In this document: in pieces, positions 48,297 through 57,673 of the stretch | How positions within the stretch are numbered: position 1 is the stretch's first letter | Layout: every line of letters starts with the position of its first letter | Assembly: GCA_049517655.1 (NCBI GenBank) | Contig: JBEKRQ010000004.1 | Span: forward strand, 22,838 to 86,837 | Direction: 5' to 3' | DNA from: Verrucomicrobiota bacterium | GTDB taxonomy: Bacteria > Verrucomicrobiota > Verrucomicrobiia > Limisphaerales > UBA11358 | Length of the DNA: 64,000 nt | Notes under the pieces: model-generated | What the model was told of the DNA's origin: nothing | The model's input: only the letters and a program-made list of their open reading frames with translations | Database searches by the model: none | Program-made: the position numbers and the translations under genes

Positions 48297-50132
48297 ATGC
48301 AGCACATTCGGAACATCGCCATCATCGCGCACGTTGACCACGGCAAGACGACGCTCGTGGACTGTCTGCTCAAGCAGTCCGGCACGTTCCGCGCCAATGA
48401 GGCCAAGGCCAGCGAGGAGCGCATCATGGATTCGATGGATTTGGAGCGCGAAAAGGGTATTACCATCAAGGCCAAAAACGCCGCGTTCAAATACAAGGAT
48501 TACCACATCAACATCGTGGACACGCCCGGCCATGCGGATTTCGGCGGCGAAGTCGAACGTATCATGAACATGATTGACGGCGTGTTGCTGGTCGTGGACG
48601 CCGCGGACGGCCCGCAGGCGCAAACGCGCTTCGTGCTGCGCAAGGCGCTCGAAGCGGGCGCCAAGCCGATCGTTGTCATCAATAAAATTGACCGCGAGAA
48701 TGCGAATCCAAAAAAAGTCCTCGACCAGGTTTTCGAGCTGTTCATTTCGCTCAACGCCACGGACGAGCAATTGGATTTTCCGTTCATCTTTTGCTCGGCC
48801 AAAGTCGGCTATGCGAAACTCGATCTTGAGCAGGCCAGTGACTCGATGGTCCCCCTGTTTGACGCCATCGTGAAATACATTCCGCCGCCGCGCGCCAAGG
48901 CGGGCGAAGGTTTTCAAATTCTCGTCGCGAACCTGGATTACAGCGATTATCTCGGCCGCATTGCGTTCGGCAAAATCATGGAGGGCAAGGTGAAGGTCGG
49001 CGACACGGCCAGTTGCCTGCACGGCCACGGCAGGATCACCCAGGGCAAAATCACAATGATTTATCACTTCGAAGGCTTGAAACGCATCGAAGTGGAGGAG
49101 GCGCACGCGGGCGACATCGTTGGCATCACCGGTTTTGAGGACGTGTTCATCGGCGAGACCATCGCGGACAAACCAGAACATGGCGCGCTGCCTTACATTC
49201 CGATTGATCCTCCGACGATTCAGATGGAATTCGCCGTAAATGACAGCCCGCTCGCCGGCCAGGACGGCAAGCTCGTCACCGCGCGGCACATTTGGGAGCG
49301 GTTGCAAAAGGAAATCCGCACCAACGTCGCGTTGCGCATCAAGCAGACCGACGATCCGAAAATTTTTGAGGTCGAGGGCCGGGGCGAAATGCAAATCGCC
49401 ATCCTCGTCGAGCAAATGCGGCGCGAAGGCTATGAAGTTTTGGTTTCGCGTCCTGAAGTGCTTTATAAGAAAGGCCCGGGCGGCGAGCTCCTGGAACCGA
49501 TTGAACAGTTGTTCCTCGAAATCCCGCAGGAATTCATGGGCGCAGTCATGGAAAATCTTTCCGGCCGCAAGGCTGAAATCACCAGCATGAACCATCACGC
49601 CGATCAGGTGACCATCGAGGCGCTGATTCCCACGCGCGGCCTGATTGGATTCGAGACCGACCTCGTGAACCAGACACGCGGTCTTGGCGTGATGAGCCAC
49701 CTGTTCCATGAATACGGCCCCGACCGGGGGGAAATCGCCGCGCGCAAGAACGGTTCGCTCGTCAGCATGGAAAGCGGCCGGGCGATGGCTTACGCGCTGA
49801 ACATGATTCAGGAACGCGGCCGGTTGATGGTGGAACCGGGCGACGCCATTTACGCCGGCATGATTGTGGGCGAAAACGCGCGCGAAAACGACATTCCGGT
49901 GAATCCCTGCAAGGCGAAAAGACTGACGAACATGCGGTCTGTGGGCGATGGCAAGGGCATCCAACTCAATCCGCCGCTCAAAATATCGCTCGAACGGGCG
50001 CTCGAATACATCAGCTCGGACGAATATGTCGAGGCCACGCCGAAAAATCTGCGATTGCGAAAGAAGATTCTGGATGAAACGGCCAGAAAACGCTCGGAAA
50101 AATCGCGCGTGATAAAAATCCTGGCGGAATGA
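48297..50132 (+). CDS. typA: Translational GTPase TypA/BipA
   Basis: [43 protein letters not shown], and a BipA-specific C-terminal domain. Confidence 0.95.
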   Translation: MQHIRNIAIIAHVDHGKTTLVDCLLKQSGTFRANEAKASEERIMDSMDLEREKGITIKAKNAAFKYKDYHINIVDTPGHADFGGEVERIMNMIDGVLLVVDAADGPQAQTRFVLRKALEAGAKPIVVINKIDRENANPKKVLDQVFELFISLNATDEQLDFPFIFCSAKVGYAKLDLEQASDSMVPLFDAIVKYIPPPRAKAGEGFQILVANLDYSDYLGRIAFGKIMEGKVKVGDTASCLHGHGRITQGKITMIYHFEGLKRIEVEEAHAGDIVGITGFEDVFIGETIADKPEHGALPYIPIDPPTIQMEFAVNDSPLAGQDGKLVTARHIWERLQKEIRTNVALRIKQTDDPKIFEVEGRGEMQIAILVEQMRREGYEVLVSRPEVLYKKGPGGELLEPIEQLFLEIPQEFMGAVMENLSGRKAEITSMNHHADQVTIEALIPTRGLIGFETDLVNQTRGLGVMSHLFHEYGPDRGEIAARKNGSLVSMESGRAMAYALNMIQERGRLMVEPGDAIYAGMIVGENARENDIPVNPCKAKRLTNMRSVGDGKGIQLNPPLKISLERALEYISSDEYVEATPKNLRLRKKILDETARKRSEKSRVIKILAE

Positions 50133-50144
50133 CAGGCGCGGCAA

Positions 50145-52532
50145 CTATTTCTGCAGCGGCTTTCCTGTAAATTCCATTCCGACGAGGCAGACGTCGTCGT
50201 CAAATTCGTGATCCACGGAAAATGCGCGGATGGTTTCAAGCAATTTGTCGAACAGTTGCGCGGCGGGTTTGTCCAGCAGGTTTTGCACGTCCAGCAGCAA
50301 CCGTTCCTGTGAATACAATTTCTCGTTCAAGCCCTGCACTTCGTAGAGGCCATCGGTGAACAGCATCACAAGGTCGCCGGGCGCGATGGCGGCTTCACTG
50401 GTTTGATAGGGCGGGGCTTCGAACAGGCCGAGCGCGGGCTGGCTGCGGCCGGTGGCGTTGGCGAGCGGCTCAACGCGATTGGCCGAGCGACGCACGAGCA
50501 GGGGCTTGGGATGGCCGGCGTTGGCGAAGCGCATGTGGCCGGTGCGCCAGTTGGCAACGAGATAAAACGCAGTGGTGAGCATCGGCGAGCCGGTGGTTTT
50601 GAGAATGATGAACAAGTCGGAGTTGAGCTTGCGCAAGAACATTCCCGGATCGTGCGCCAACGGTTTCAATTCCTCGCCGAGCGCGCGAATCATGGCGGTG
50701 ACCAGCGCAGCGCGAACGCTGTGCCCGGTCACGTCACAAATAAAAACGCCCACTTCATCGTCCGAAAGGGCGGACACGCTGAAAAAGTCGCCACTGACGG
50801 TTTCCGCCGGCTGATAACGGTGAATGAACTGGAAAACGCTTTTCCCCGGCGGCGCGTTGCGCGGGAACACCGGATATTGTTGCGGCAACATGGCAAGCTG
50901 GATCTCTCGCGCCATGCGGAGGTTTTCCTCCATGAGCAGGTTTTTGGTGCGCAATTCCTCGCGGCTGCGGGCGAGTTCGGCGTTTGTCTGGCGGATTCGT
51001 TCTTCGGCGAGTTTTTGAGCCGTGACGTCCCAGAAGATGCCCTGCAAGCCGATGATTTTCCCGTCGGCCCCGTAAAGAGGTGTTTTGACGACCTGGGTTA
51101 TCCTTTGCTCCTGTCCCAAAGGGTGATGTTCCTCGACGATTTCATAGGTCTTGCCGGTTGCCATGACCCGCTGGTCGTCCCTGGCATATTGTTCCGCCAA
51201 CTCCTTCGGGAAAAAGTCGAAATCCGTTTTGCCAAGGATGTCCTCCAGCTTGCAGTTGTAATGTTTGCAATACTGTTGATTGGCGAAGGTGAACCGCCCC
51301 TGGGTGTCTTTGCGAAAGACGTTTTGGGGCATCGTTTCCACCAGTGAATGGTAAAGGGATTCCGAATTCCGCAAAGCCTCCTCGATCTGGCGCTGTTTAG
51401 TGACGTCCCAGAAGATGCCCTGCAAGCCGATGATTTTTCCGTCGGCCCCGTAAAGCGGGGTTTTGACGACCTGGGTGATGCGTTTTTCCTGCCCCAGCGG
51501 ATGGTGTTCCTCGACGATTTCGTAGGTCTTGCCGGTTGCCATGACCCGCTGGTCGTCCTTGGTATATTGTTCCGCCAACTCCTTTGGGAAAAAGTCGAAA
51601 TCCGTTTTGCCGAGGATGTCCTCCAGCCTGCAGTTGTAATGTTTGCAATACTGTTGATTGGCGAAGGTGAACCGCCCCTGGGTGTCTTTGCGGAAGACGT
51701 TTTGCGGCATCGTCTCCACCAGCGAATGATACAGCGCTTCGGAATTGCGCATGTTTGCTTCGGCTTGCCGGCGTTGCGTCATGTCCTCGACTGTGCCTTC
51801 GTAGTAAAGCAATTTGCCGCGCGCGCCGCGCACCACCCGGCAATTTTCCGAGACCCAGATGATTGAGCCGTCCTTGCGATAAATCCGCGACTCGAAATTC
51901 GTGATGGTATCGTTCTTTTTCATCAACCGGATGAAGTCATCGCGCCGGCCCGGATCGACGTAAAGGCTGCGCCCGATGTCCCTGATGCTCGCCATCAATT
52001 CCACCGGCGAGTCGTAGCCGTAAATGCGCGCCAATGCCACGTTGGCCAGGAGATAACGTCCGTCGGGCGTGGTGCGGAAGATGCCTTCGACGAGATGGTC
52101 AAAAAGATCGTAGTAATCCTTCTTTTCCTTGATCAACGCGTTCCATTCGTATTGACGTTCAATCGCGCGGTGAATCACCGGCGCCAGCGCGTGTGTGCCG
52201 AGTCGCTGCTTGGCGAAGTATTCCTGCGCGCCCGCCCGAATGACTTCCACTGCAAATGTCTCGTCTTTCGCCGGGCCCAAAACCACAATCGGCAAAGTGG
52301 GGGCTTTGGTGGCGAGGGATGTGACCTGGAACAAGCCGGCAGCGTTCGCCGTTGGAAGTTCGAACAAAACGACGCCGAACGAACTGGTCGCCAACCTGGA
52401 CAGCCCGGCCTCCATCGTCGGCGCGGCGGCGACTTCGGTTTTTTCCTTGTCGTTGCGGAAGTTGCCGGCAACCGCGCGCGCAAGACGCTTGTCGCCGGCA
52501 ATCAACAAAACCTTTAGCGATTCAGTTTGCAT
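50145..52532 (-). CDS. Pseudo-receiver, three PAS domains and a PP2C (SpoIIE/RsbU-type) phosphatase
   Basis: N-terminal CheY-like fold with Glu in place of the phospho-Asp (VVLFELP). Three PAS modules, two of them near-identical. C-terminal ETVSGDFF...FICDVTGHS...LMLFTDGLYE, characteristic of PP2C. Confidence 0.85.
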   Translation of the reverse strand: MQTESLKVLLIAGDKRLARAVAGNFRNDKEKTEVAAAPTMEAGLSRLATSSFGVVLFELPTANAAGLFQVTSLATKAPTLPIVVLGPAKDETFAVEVIRAGAQEYFAKQRLGTHALAPVIHRAIERQYEWNALIKEKKDYYDLFDHLVEGIFRTTPDGRYLLANVALARIYGYDSPVELMASIRDIGRSLYVDPGRRDDFIRLMKKNDTITNFESRIYRKDGSIIWVSENCRVVRGARGKLLYYEGTVEDMTQRRQAEANMRNSEALYHSLVETMPQNVFRKDTQGRFTFANQQYCKHYNCRLEDILGKTDFDFFPKELAEQYTKDDQRVMATGKTYEIVEEHHPLGQEKRITQVVKTPLYGADGKIIGLQGIFWDVTKQRQIEEALRNSESLYHSLVETMPQNVFRKDTQGRFTFANQQYCKHYNCKLEDILGKTDFDFFPKELAEQYARDDQRVMATGKTYEIVEEHHPLGQEQRITQVVKTPLYGADGKIIGLQGIFWDVTAQKLAEERIRQTNAELARSREELRTKNLLMEENLRMAREIQLAMLPQQYPVFPRNAPPGKSVFQFIHRYQPAETVSGDFFSVSALSDDEVGVFICDVTGHSVRAALVTAMIRALGEELKPLAHDPGMFLRKLNSDLFIILKTTGSPMLTTAFYLVANWRTGHMRFANAGHPKPLLVRRSANRVEPLANATGRSQPALGLFEAPPYQTSEAAIAPGDLVMLFTDGLYEVQGLNEKLYSQERLLLDVQNLLDKPAAQLFDKLLETIRAFSVDHEFDDDVCLVGMEFTGKPLQK
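51022..51777. repeat. Tandem duplication, 378-bp period, inside the regulator gene (two PAS modules)
   Basis: GTGACGTCCCAGAAGATGCCCTGCAAGCCGATGATTTT recurs at 51022 and 51400. The two copies align over most of their length with scattered substitutions. Confidence 0.9.
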
Positions 52533-52700
52533 GATGCAAACCGGTCTCGCGGCGTGCGCGAAGGCCGGTTCATTTCAATTTGTTCTGAATAAACATACGA
52601 ATTTAACGCGCCGCCGCAAGAAAGTTGCGCGCACGCCGGGTTTTTGATTCAATCCACACTTCGCGGGATTATGCGGAGCCTGAACGTGTGACATGAATTT

Positions 52701-54791
52701 ATGAAAACCTATCAACCAGCGGATATCCGAAACTTCGCCATCGTCGGCCATGCGTCGTCGGGCAAGACGATGTTAAGCGAGGCAATGCTCGCCTGCGGCG
52801 GCGTCATCTCGCGCATGGGCCGCATCGCGGACGGCTCGACGGTGTCGGACTATCACGTCAGCGAAAAGAACCGCCAGATTTCCGTCTCGGCGTCGTTGCT
52901 CCACACGGAATGGGCGGGGAAGAAATTCAACATTATTGACACGCCGGGCTATCTCGATTTCATCAGCGAAGGTTTGGGGGCGTTGCGCGTGGGCGATTTT
53001 GCGTTGGTGGTGATTCACGCGCAACACGGCCTCGGCGTCGGCACCGAACGGGTATGGGATTACGCGACGAGCTATGGCATCCCTAAAATGATCGTCGTGA
53101 ACGCCGTGGACAAGGAGAACTTTGATTTCGACGCGGTGGTGAAACAGGCGCAGGAACGGTTTGGGCGGCACGTTTTTCCGTTGAGTTTCCCGGTGAATCC
53201 CGGCCCCGGCTTCAACCGCGTGCTGGACGTGTTACGCAAGGAAATCGTGACCTATGCGACTGATTACAGCGGCAAATACAAGGAAGAACCTGCCACAGGC
53301 GAATGGGAGGCGAAGGCCGGCGAGTTGCACAACCAGCTCATCGAGCACATCGCCGAGTCCGATGATGAGTTGATGAACAAATTTTTCGAGAAAGGCAGCC
53401 TCACGGAGGAGGAATTCCGCGCAGGCATCCACGCGGCGGTGCAGAAGGAATCGCTCATTCCACTGTTCTGCACATCGGCGGAAAACAACATCGGCGTGGC
53501 GCGGTTGATGGATTTCATCGCCAAATATGGTTCGTCGCCGGTGGATCGCCGGAAAGTAAAGGCCTTCAACACCAATGACGCGGAGGTGGAGGTGGCGTTG
53601 GATGATCCCGAACCCGTTCTTTACATTTTCAAGACCATGTCCGAGGCGCATTTCGGCGAGTTGTCGTTTTTCCGCATCTATGCCGGGTCGGTGTCCACGG
53701 GCATGGATTTGTTCAACAGCGACCGCAAGATCAATGAACGCATCGGCCAGATTTATGTGCTCAACGGCCAGATCCGCGAGGCGGTCAACACGCTCGGTCC
53801 GGGCGACATCGGCGCGGTCGTGAAGCTCAAGGGCACGCACACCGGCAACACGCTTTGCAGCGCGAAAAAGGCCGTGACGCTGTCGAAGGTCGTTTATCCC
53901 AAACCAAACATTCACGCGGCGCTGGTCGCAAAAGTAAAAGGTGAAGAGGATAAAATCGCCTCCGGTCTTGCCGCGTTGCATCAGGAAGACCCGACGTTTC
54001 TTTACTTCGTGGATTCGGAATTGCACCAGACCATCATCTCCGCCCAGGGCGAATTGCATTTGGAGGTCGTGGCCGACCGTTTGCGCCGCCGGCACAACGT
54101 TCATGTGGAACTCGCCGAACCGCGTGTGCGTTATCGCGAAACAATCAAGACGAAGGCGGACTCAAAATACCGTCATAAAAAGCAGACCGGCGGCGCGGGC
54201 CAGTTCGCCGAAGTCTGGATGCGCATCGAACCGAAACCGCGCGACACAGGCGTTGAGTTCATCAATTCGCTGGTCGGCCAGAACGTGGACCGCGTGTTCG
54301 TGCCGTCCGTCGAGAAGGGCGTAAAGCAAGCCTGCACCGAGGGCATTCTCGCCGGTTACCGCGTGGTGGACGTGCTGATTGATTTTTACGACGGCAAGAT
54401 GCACCCGGTGGATTCGAAGGACATCGCGTTCCAGATTGCCGGTTACTTCGCGTTCAAGGAAGCGTTCATGAAGGCGCGCCCGTGCCTGCTCGAACCCATC
54501 AACACCGTGGAAATTCGCATCCCGGAGGATTGCATGGGCAAGGTGATGGGCGATTTGTCAAGCCGGCGCGGCAAAATTCAGGGCATGGACACCGACGGCG
54601 GTTTCCAGGTCATCAAGGCGCATGTGCCCGCCAAGGAACTTTATCACTATTCCAGCACCCTTCGTTCGTTGACCGGCGGGCGTGGCGTGCATATGGAGGA
54701 TTTCAATCACTACGAGGAAATGCCGCGCGACGCGGTCGAAAAGGTGATTGAAGAAGCGAAGAAACGCAAAGCGAACCCCGAACTGCATTAA
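52701..54791 (+). CDS. Elongation factor G family GTPase (EF-G paralog)
   Basis: IRNFAIVGHASSGKTMLSEAML, IIDTPGYLDFISE, VVNAVDKE, and domains II-V are recognisable (..HKKQTGGAGQFAEV..). The G1 region and the lack of str-operon context suggest a second-type EF-G. Confidence 0.85.
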   Translation: MKTYQPADIRNFAIVGHASSGKTMLSEAMLACGGVISRMGRIADGSTVSDYHVSEKNRQISVSASLLHTEWAGKKFNIIDTPGYLDFISEGLGALRVGDFALVVIHAQHGLGVGTERVWDYATSYGIPKMIVVNAVDKENFDFDAVVKQAQERFGRHVFPLSFPVNPGPGFNRVLDVLRKEIVTYATDYSGKYKEEPATGEWEAKAGELHNQLIEHIAESDDELMNKFFEKGSLTEEEFRAGIHAAVQKESLIPLFCTSAENNIGVARLMDFIAKYGSSPVDRRKVKAFNTNDAEVEVALDDPEPVLYIFKTMSEAHFGELSFFRIYAGSVSTGMDLFNSDRKINERIGQIYVLNGQIREAVNTLGPGDIGAVVKLKGTHTGNTLCSAKKAVTLSKVVYPKPNIHAALVAKVKGEEDKIASGLAALHQEDPTFLYFVDSELHQTIISAQGELHLEVVADRLRRRHNVHVELAEPRVRYRETIKTKADSKYRHKKQTGGAGQFAEVWMRIEPKPRDTGVEFINSLVGQNVDRVFVPSVEKGVKQACTEGILAGYRVVDVLIDFYDGKMHPVDSKDIAFQIAGYFAFKEAFMKARPCLLEPINTVEIRIPEDCMGKVMGDLSSRRGKIQGMDTDGGFQVIKAHVPAKELYHYSSTLRSLTGGRGVHMEDFNHYEEMPRDAVEKVIEEAKKRKANPELH

Positions 54792-54825
54792 GGTGGCCGG
54801 CTGCAGCGCAGCAGATGTGGAATGT

Positions 54826-55080
54826 TCAATGAACAAGAGCCGTCTCGCTTTTGCGGATGGCGGCGTAAAGCATGTCCTTCAATCTTGCGCGTTTGAACTT
54901 GAGTTCTTCAATTTCCTGGTCCGTCGCAAACTCAATTTCTTCCTCGAAGCGGCAGATCGCATCGTCCAACTGGTGATATTCCTCAAACATCTGGCGGAAG
55001 TGGTTGTCGCCCAGCCGCAGCCTGCGGATGGTTTCGCGATATTCTGGAAATTCACTCAGGAACGGATGATGTATGTCCAT
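54826..55080 (-). CDS. DUF465 (YdcH-like) small protein
   Basis: MDIHHPFLSEFPEYRETIRRLRLGDNHFRQMFEEYHQLDDAICRFEEE... The start was set at an internal ATG of ORF 54826..55251. Confidence 0.75.
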   Translation of the reverse strand: MDIHHPFLSEFPEYRETIRRLRLGDNHFRQMFEEYHQLDDAICRFEEEIEFATDQEIEELKFKRARLKDMLYAAIRKSETALVH

Positions 55081-55386
55081 TGGAAGTCCTCCATGTTGAA
55101 GGTTTGCGGTCGTTGCACTGCGTTTTTTGTTACCATGACCTGTGGTTAATAAAGCGCAGCTTGCCGCCGCGCGCCAGCCAAATTTTGAAAATAATTCACG
55201 TTTTCTTTTCGCCGCCTTTGCCTCTGGGCAGCAAGATAAATCGCAGTTCAAAGAATCCCAGGATGTTTCGTCTGGGATATTTTTGTCTTACGCGGATCTG
55301 TCGTTGTTCGTATTTATCCCCGGCCCGTTCGTGCGTCGGAATTCCACTCGACTTGCCCTGCCTGCCGGTTTAAAAGGCGCGGCATC

Positions 55387-57609
55387 ATGGTCTGGCTTTT
55401 TGTCGCCGCCCTGTTCACCAGCGCCACGCTCCTGTTCTGGGTGCAGCCCATGGTGGCCAAGATGCTGTTGCCGTTGCTGGGCGGCACGCCGGCGGTCTGG
55501 AACACCTGCATGGTTTTCTTCCAAACCATGTTGCTGGCCGGCTACGCTTACGCGCATTGGCTGACAACCCGCTTTCCCGTTCGTATCCAGACCATCATTC
55601 ATTTCTGCCTCCTGTTGGTTGCTCTTGCGGTCTTGCCGATCGGGCTTTCTTCCAGGGCCGTGCAAAGCGCACCCTGGCAATCCGACCCGACCCTCTGGCT
55701 GCTGTGGGCTTTGGTGGTGGTGGTGGCCTTGCCATTCTTCATTCTGTCTGCGAGCGCGCCACTGTTGCAAAGCTGGTTCAGCCGCCTGCGCCATCGTTCG
55801 TCCGCGGACCCGTACTTCCTTTATGCCGCCAGTAATCTGGGAAGTCTGATGGGATTGATCGGTTATCTGGTATTGATCGAACCCGGTTATCCGCTGCGAA
55901 TGCAAAGCAGAATTTGGGATGCCGGCTACGGGCTGTTGCTGGTTCTCTTCGCTGGTTCCGCGTTAATGCTCTGGCGAAGGCAAAATGTATCCGCCGGTGA
56001 ACCCGCTTCGCCCCCGGAAGTTCCGGGCAAAGCCGGGCCTGCAACTGAAACGGGAGAGGTGAACTGGCCGCGCCGTCTGCGTTGGATTTTTTGGGCGTTC
56101 ATCCCATCGAGTTTGATGCTGGGCGTCACGACGTATCTCAGCACGGACATCGCCAGCGTGCCGCTGCTCTGGGTGGTTCCGCTGGGAATTTACCTGCTGA
56201 CGTTCATTCTGGTCTTCAGCCGGCGGCAAATCTTCCCGCTTCAATGGCTCACCCGCGTGTTGCCGCCCATGGCGGTGTTTCTGGTCTTGGTGATGTTGGA
56301 CAACGCGGACAATCTGTCGTGGCTGCAGATGACGTTTCACCTCGGTTTCTTTTTCCTCGCCGCGCTGGTGTGGCATACGCGATTGGCCAACGATCGTCCG
56401 TCCAGCCGGCGACTTACCGGGTTTTACTTCTGCCTGGCGGTCGGCGGCGTGCTCGGCGGTGTATTCAACGCTCTGCTCGCGCCAATCATTTTCCGCACCG
56501 TTCTGGAATACCGGCTGATGATTGTCGTGGCCTGTATTCTTTGGCCCGCGAAAGGCGAGGCGTTCTTTGCGGGCCGCGGGTTTGGGCGCGACCTGATCTG
56601 GCCTTTGGGAATCGGGCTGCTGACGGCCGGTCTGGCGGTGATGGTTCCCCGGTTTGGCGTCGGATTGCAGATGAGCATGATGATCATGTTCGGCGTGCCG
56701 GTGATCTTGTGCTATGTCGTTTCCAAACGACGGCAACCGTTTCACTTTGCGCTGGCTCTGGCGGCCGTGCTGATAGCGAGCGGATTTTACGCCCCACTGC
56801 ATGGCCGCACGTTGCACGTCGAACGGAATTTTTTCGGAACCTTGCGGGTTGCGATTGATTCCACAGGCCGGTTTTGCCGGCTCTATCACGGAACCACCGT
56901 GCATGGCATGGAATTCGTCGCGCCCGGACATCAGGGCGAACCGCTGGCCTATTACCATCGCGCCGGTCCGTGCGGACAGGCCATGAAAGCATTCAACTCC
57001 AGGCCGGATGGCGCCAGCATCGCGATCATCGGTCTGGGCGCGGGTTCAATGGCCGCTTACGCGCAACCGGGCCAGCATTGGACGTTTTATGAAATCAATC
57101 CGGCGGTCATCCGGCTGGCGCAGGACACGAATTATTTCACGTTCCTCCATCGTTGCACGAACGCTTCGGTGGATTTCAAGCTGGGCGACGCGCGGCTGCG
57201 GCTGCGCGAAGCGGCGGCGAATCAATTTGATTTGCTCGTTTGCGATGCCTTCGGCTCCGACGCGCCGCCGTTGCATTTGCTGAACCGGGAGGCGATGGAT
57301 TTATACCTTTCCAAACTCTCGCCCAACGGCCTGCTGCTGTTTCATATTTCCAGCCGGTTCCTGAATTTACGTCCGGTCATCGGAAATCTGGCCGCGCATT
57401 TTCAACTTCAGGCCATTGTGAACGCCGACGACGAACCGGCAACGCCGGGCGGCAAACTCCCGTCCTGTTGGGTGGCGCTGGCGCGCCGCCCGGAAGATTT
57501 GGGCTTGCTCCGGGACGACCCGCGCTGGCTCCCGCTCCCGCCTGAGCCGGGCATGAGGCTTTGGACCGACGATTACTCGAACATTCTCAGCATTTTCGAT
57601 TGGCAGTAG
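55387..57609 (+). CDS. Fused polytopic membrane domain / spermidine synthase-like methyltransferase-fold protein
   Basis: About 12 TM helices, then IIGLGAGSMAAY..WTFYEINPAVI..DLLVCDAFGSDAPPLHL..LSPNGLLLFHIS. Confidence 0.8.
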   Translation: MVWLFVAALFTSATLLFWVQPMVAKMLLPLLGGTPAVWNTCMVFFQTMLLAGYAYAHWLTTRFPVRIQTIIHFCLLLVALAVLPIGLSSRAVQSAPWQSDPTLWLLWALVVVVALPFFILSASAPLLQSWFSRLRHRSSADPYFLYAASNLGSLMGLIGYLVLIEPGYPLRMQSRIWDAGYGLLLVLFAGSALMLWRRQNVSAGEPASPPEVPGKAGPATETGEVNWPRRLRWIFWAFIPSSLMLGVTTYLSTDIASVPLLWVVPLGIYLLTFILVFSRRQIFPLQWLTRVLPPMAVFLVLVMLDNADNLSWLQMTFHLGFFFLAALVWHTRLANDRPSSRRLTGFYFCLAVGGVLGGVFNALLAPIIFRTVLEYRLMIVVACILWPAKGEAFFAGRGFGRDLIWPLGIGLLTAGLAVMVPRFGVGLQMSMMIMFGVPVILCYVVSKRRQPFHFALALAAVLIASGFYAPLHGRTLHVERNFFGTLRVAIDSTGRFCRLYHGTTVHGMEFVAPGHQGEPLAYYHRAGPCGQAMKAFNSRPDGASIAIIGLGAGSMAAYAQPGQHWTFYEINPAVIRLAQDTNYFTFLHRCTNASVDFKLGDARLRLREAAANQFDLLVCDAFGSDAPPLHLLNREAMDLYLSKLSPNGLLLFHISSRFLNLRPVIGNLAAHFQLQAIVNADDEPATPGGKLPSCWVALARRPEDLGLLRDDPRWLPLPPEPGMRLWTDDYSNILSIFDWQ

Positions 57610-57673
57610 TTTCCACCTTCTCCCTTTTCAACTCATCATTCGTGGCGTATTTTCCACTGCCGTTTTCCGCGCC

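Noticed and set aside
55255-55287. A terminator-like hairpin (ATCCCAG, 10-nt loop, CTGGGAT, then ATTTTTGTC) on the + strand, in the divergent spacer between the DUF465 gene and the spermidine-synthase-like gene.
   Set aside because: No upstream + strand gene ends there. It could mark a small RNA or a leader attenuator, but the single short stem is weak evidence without transcript data.
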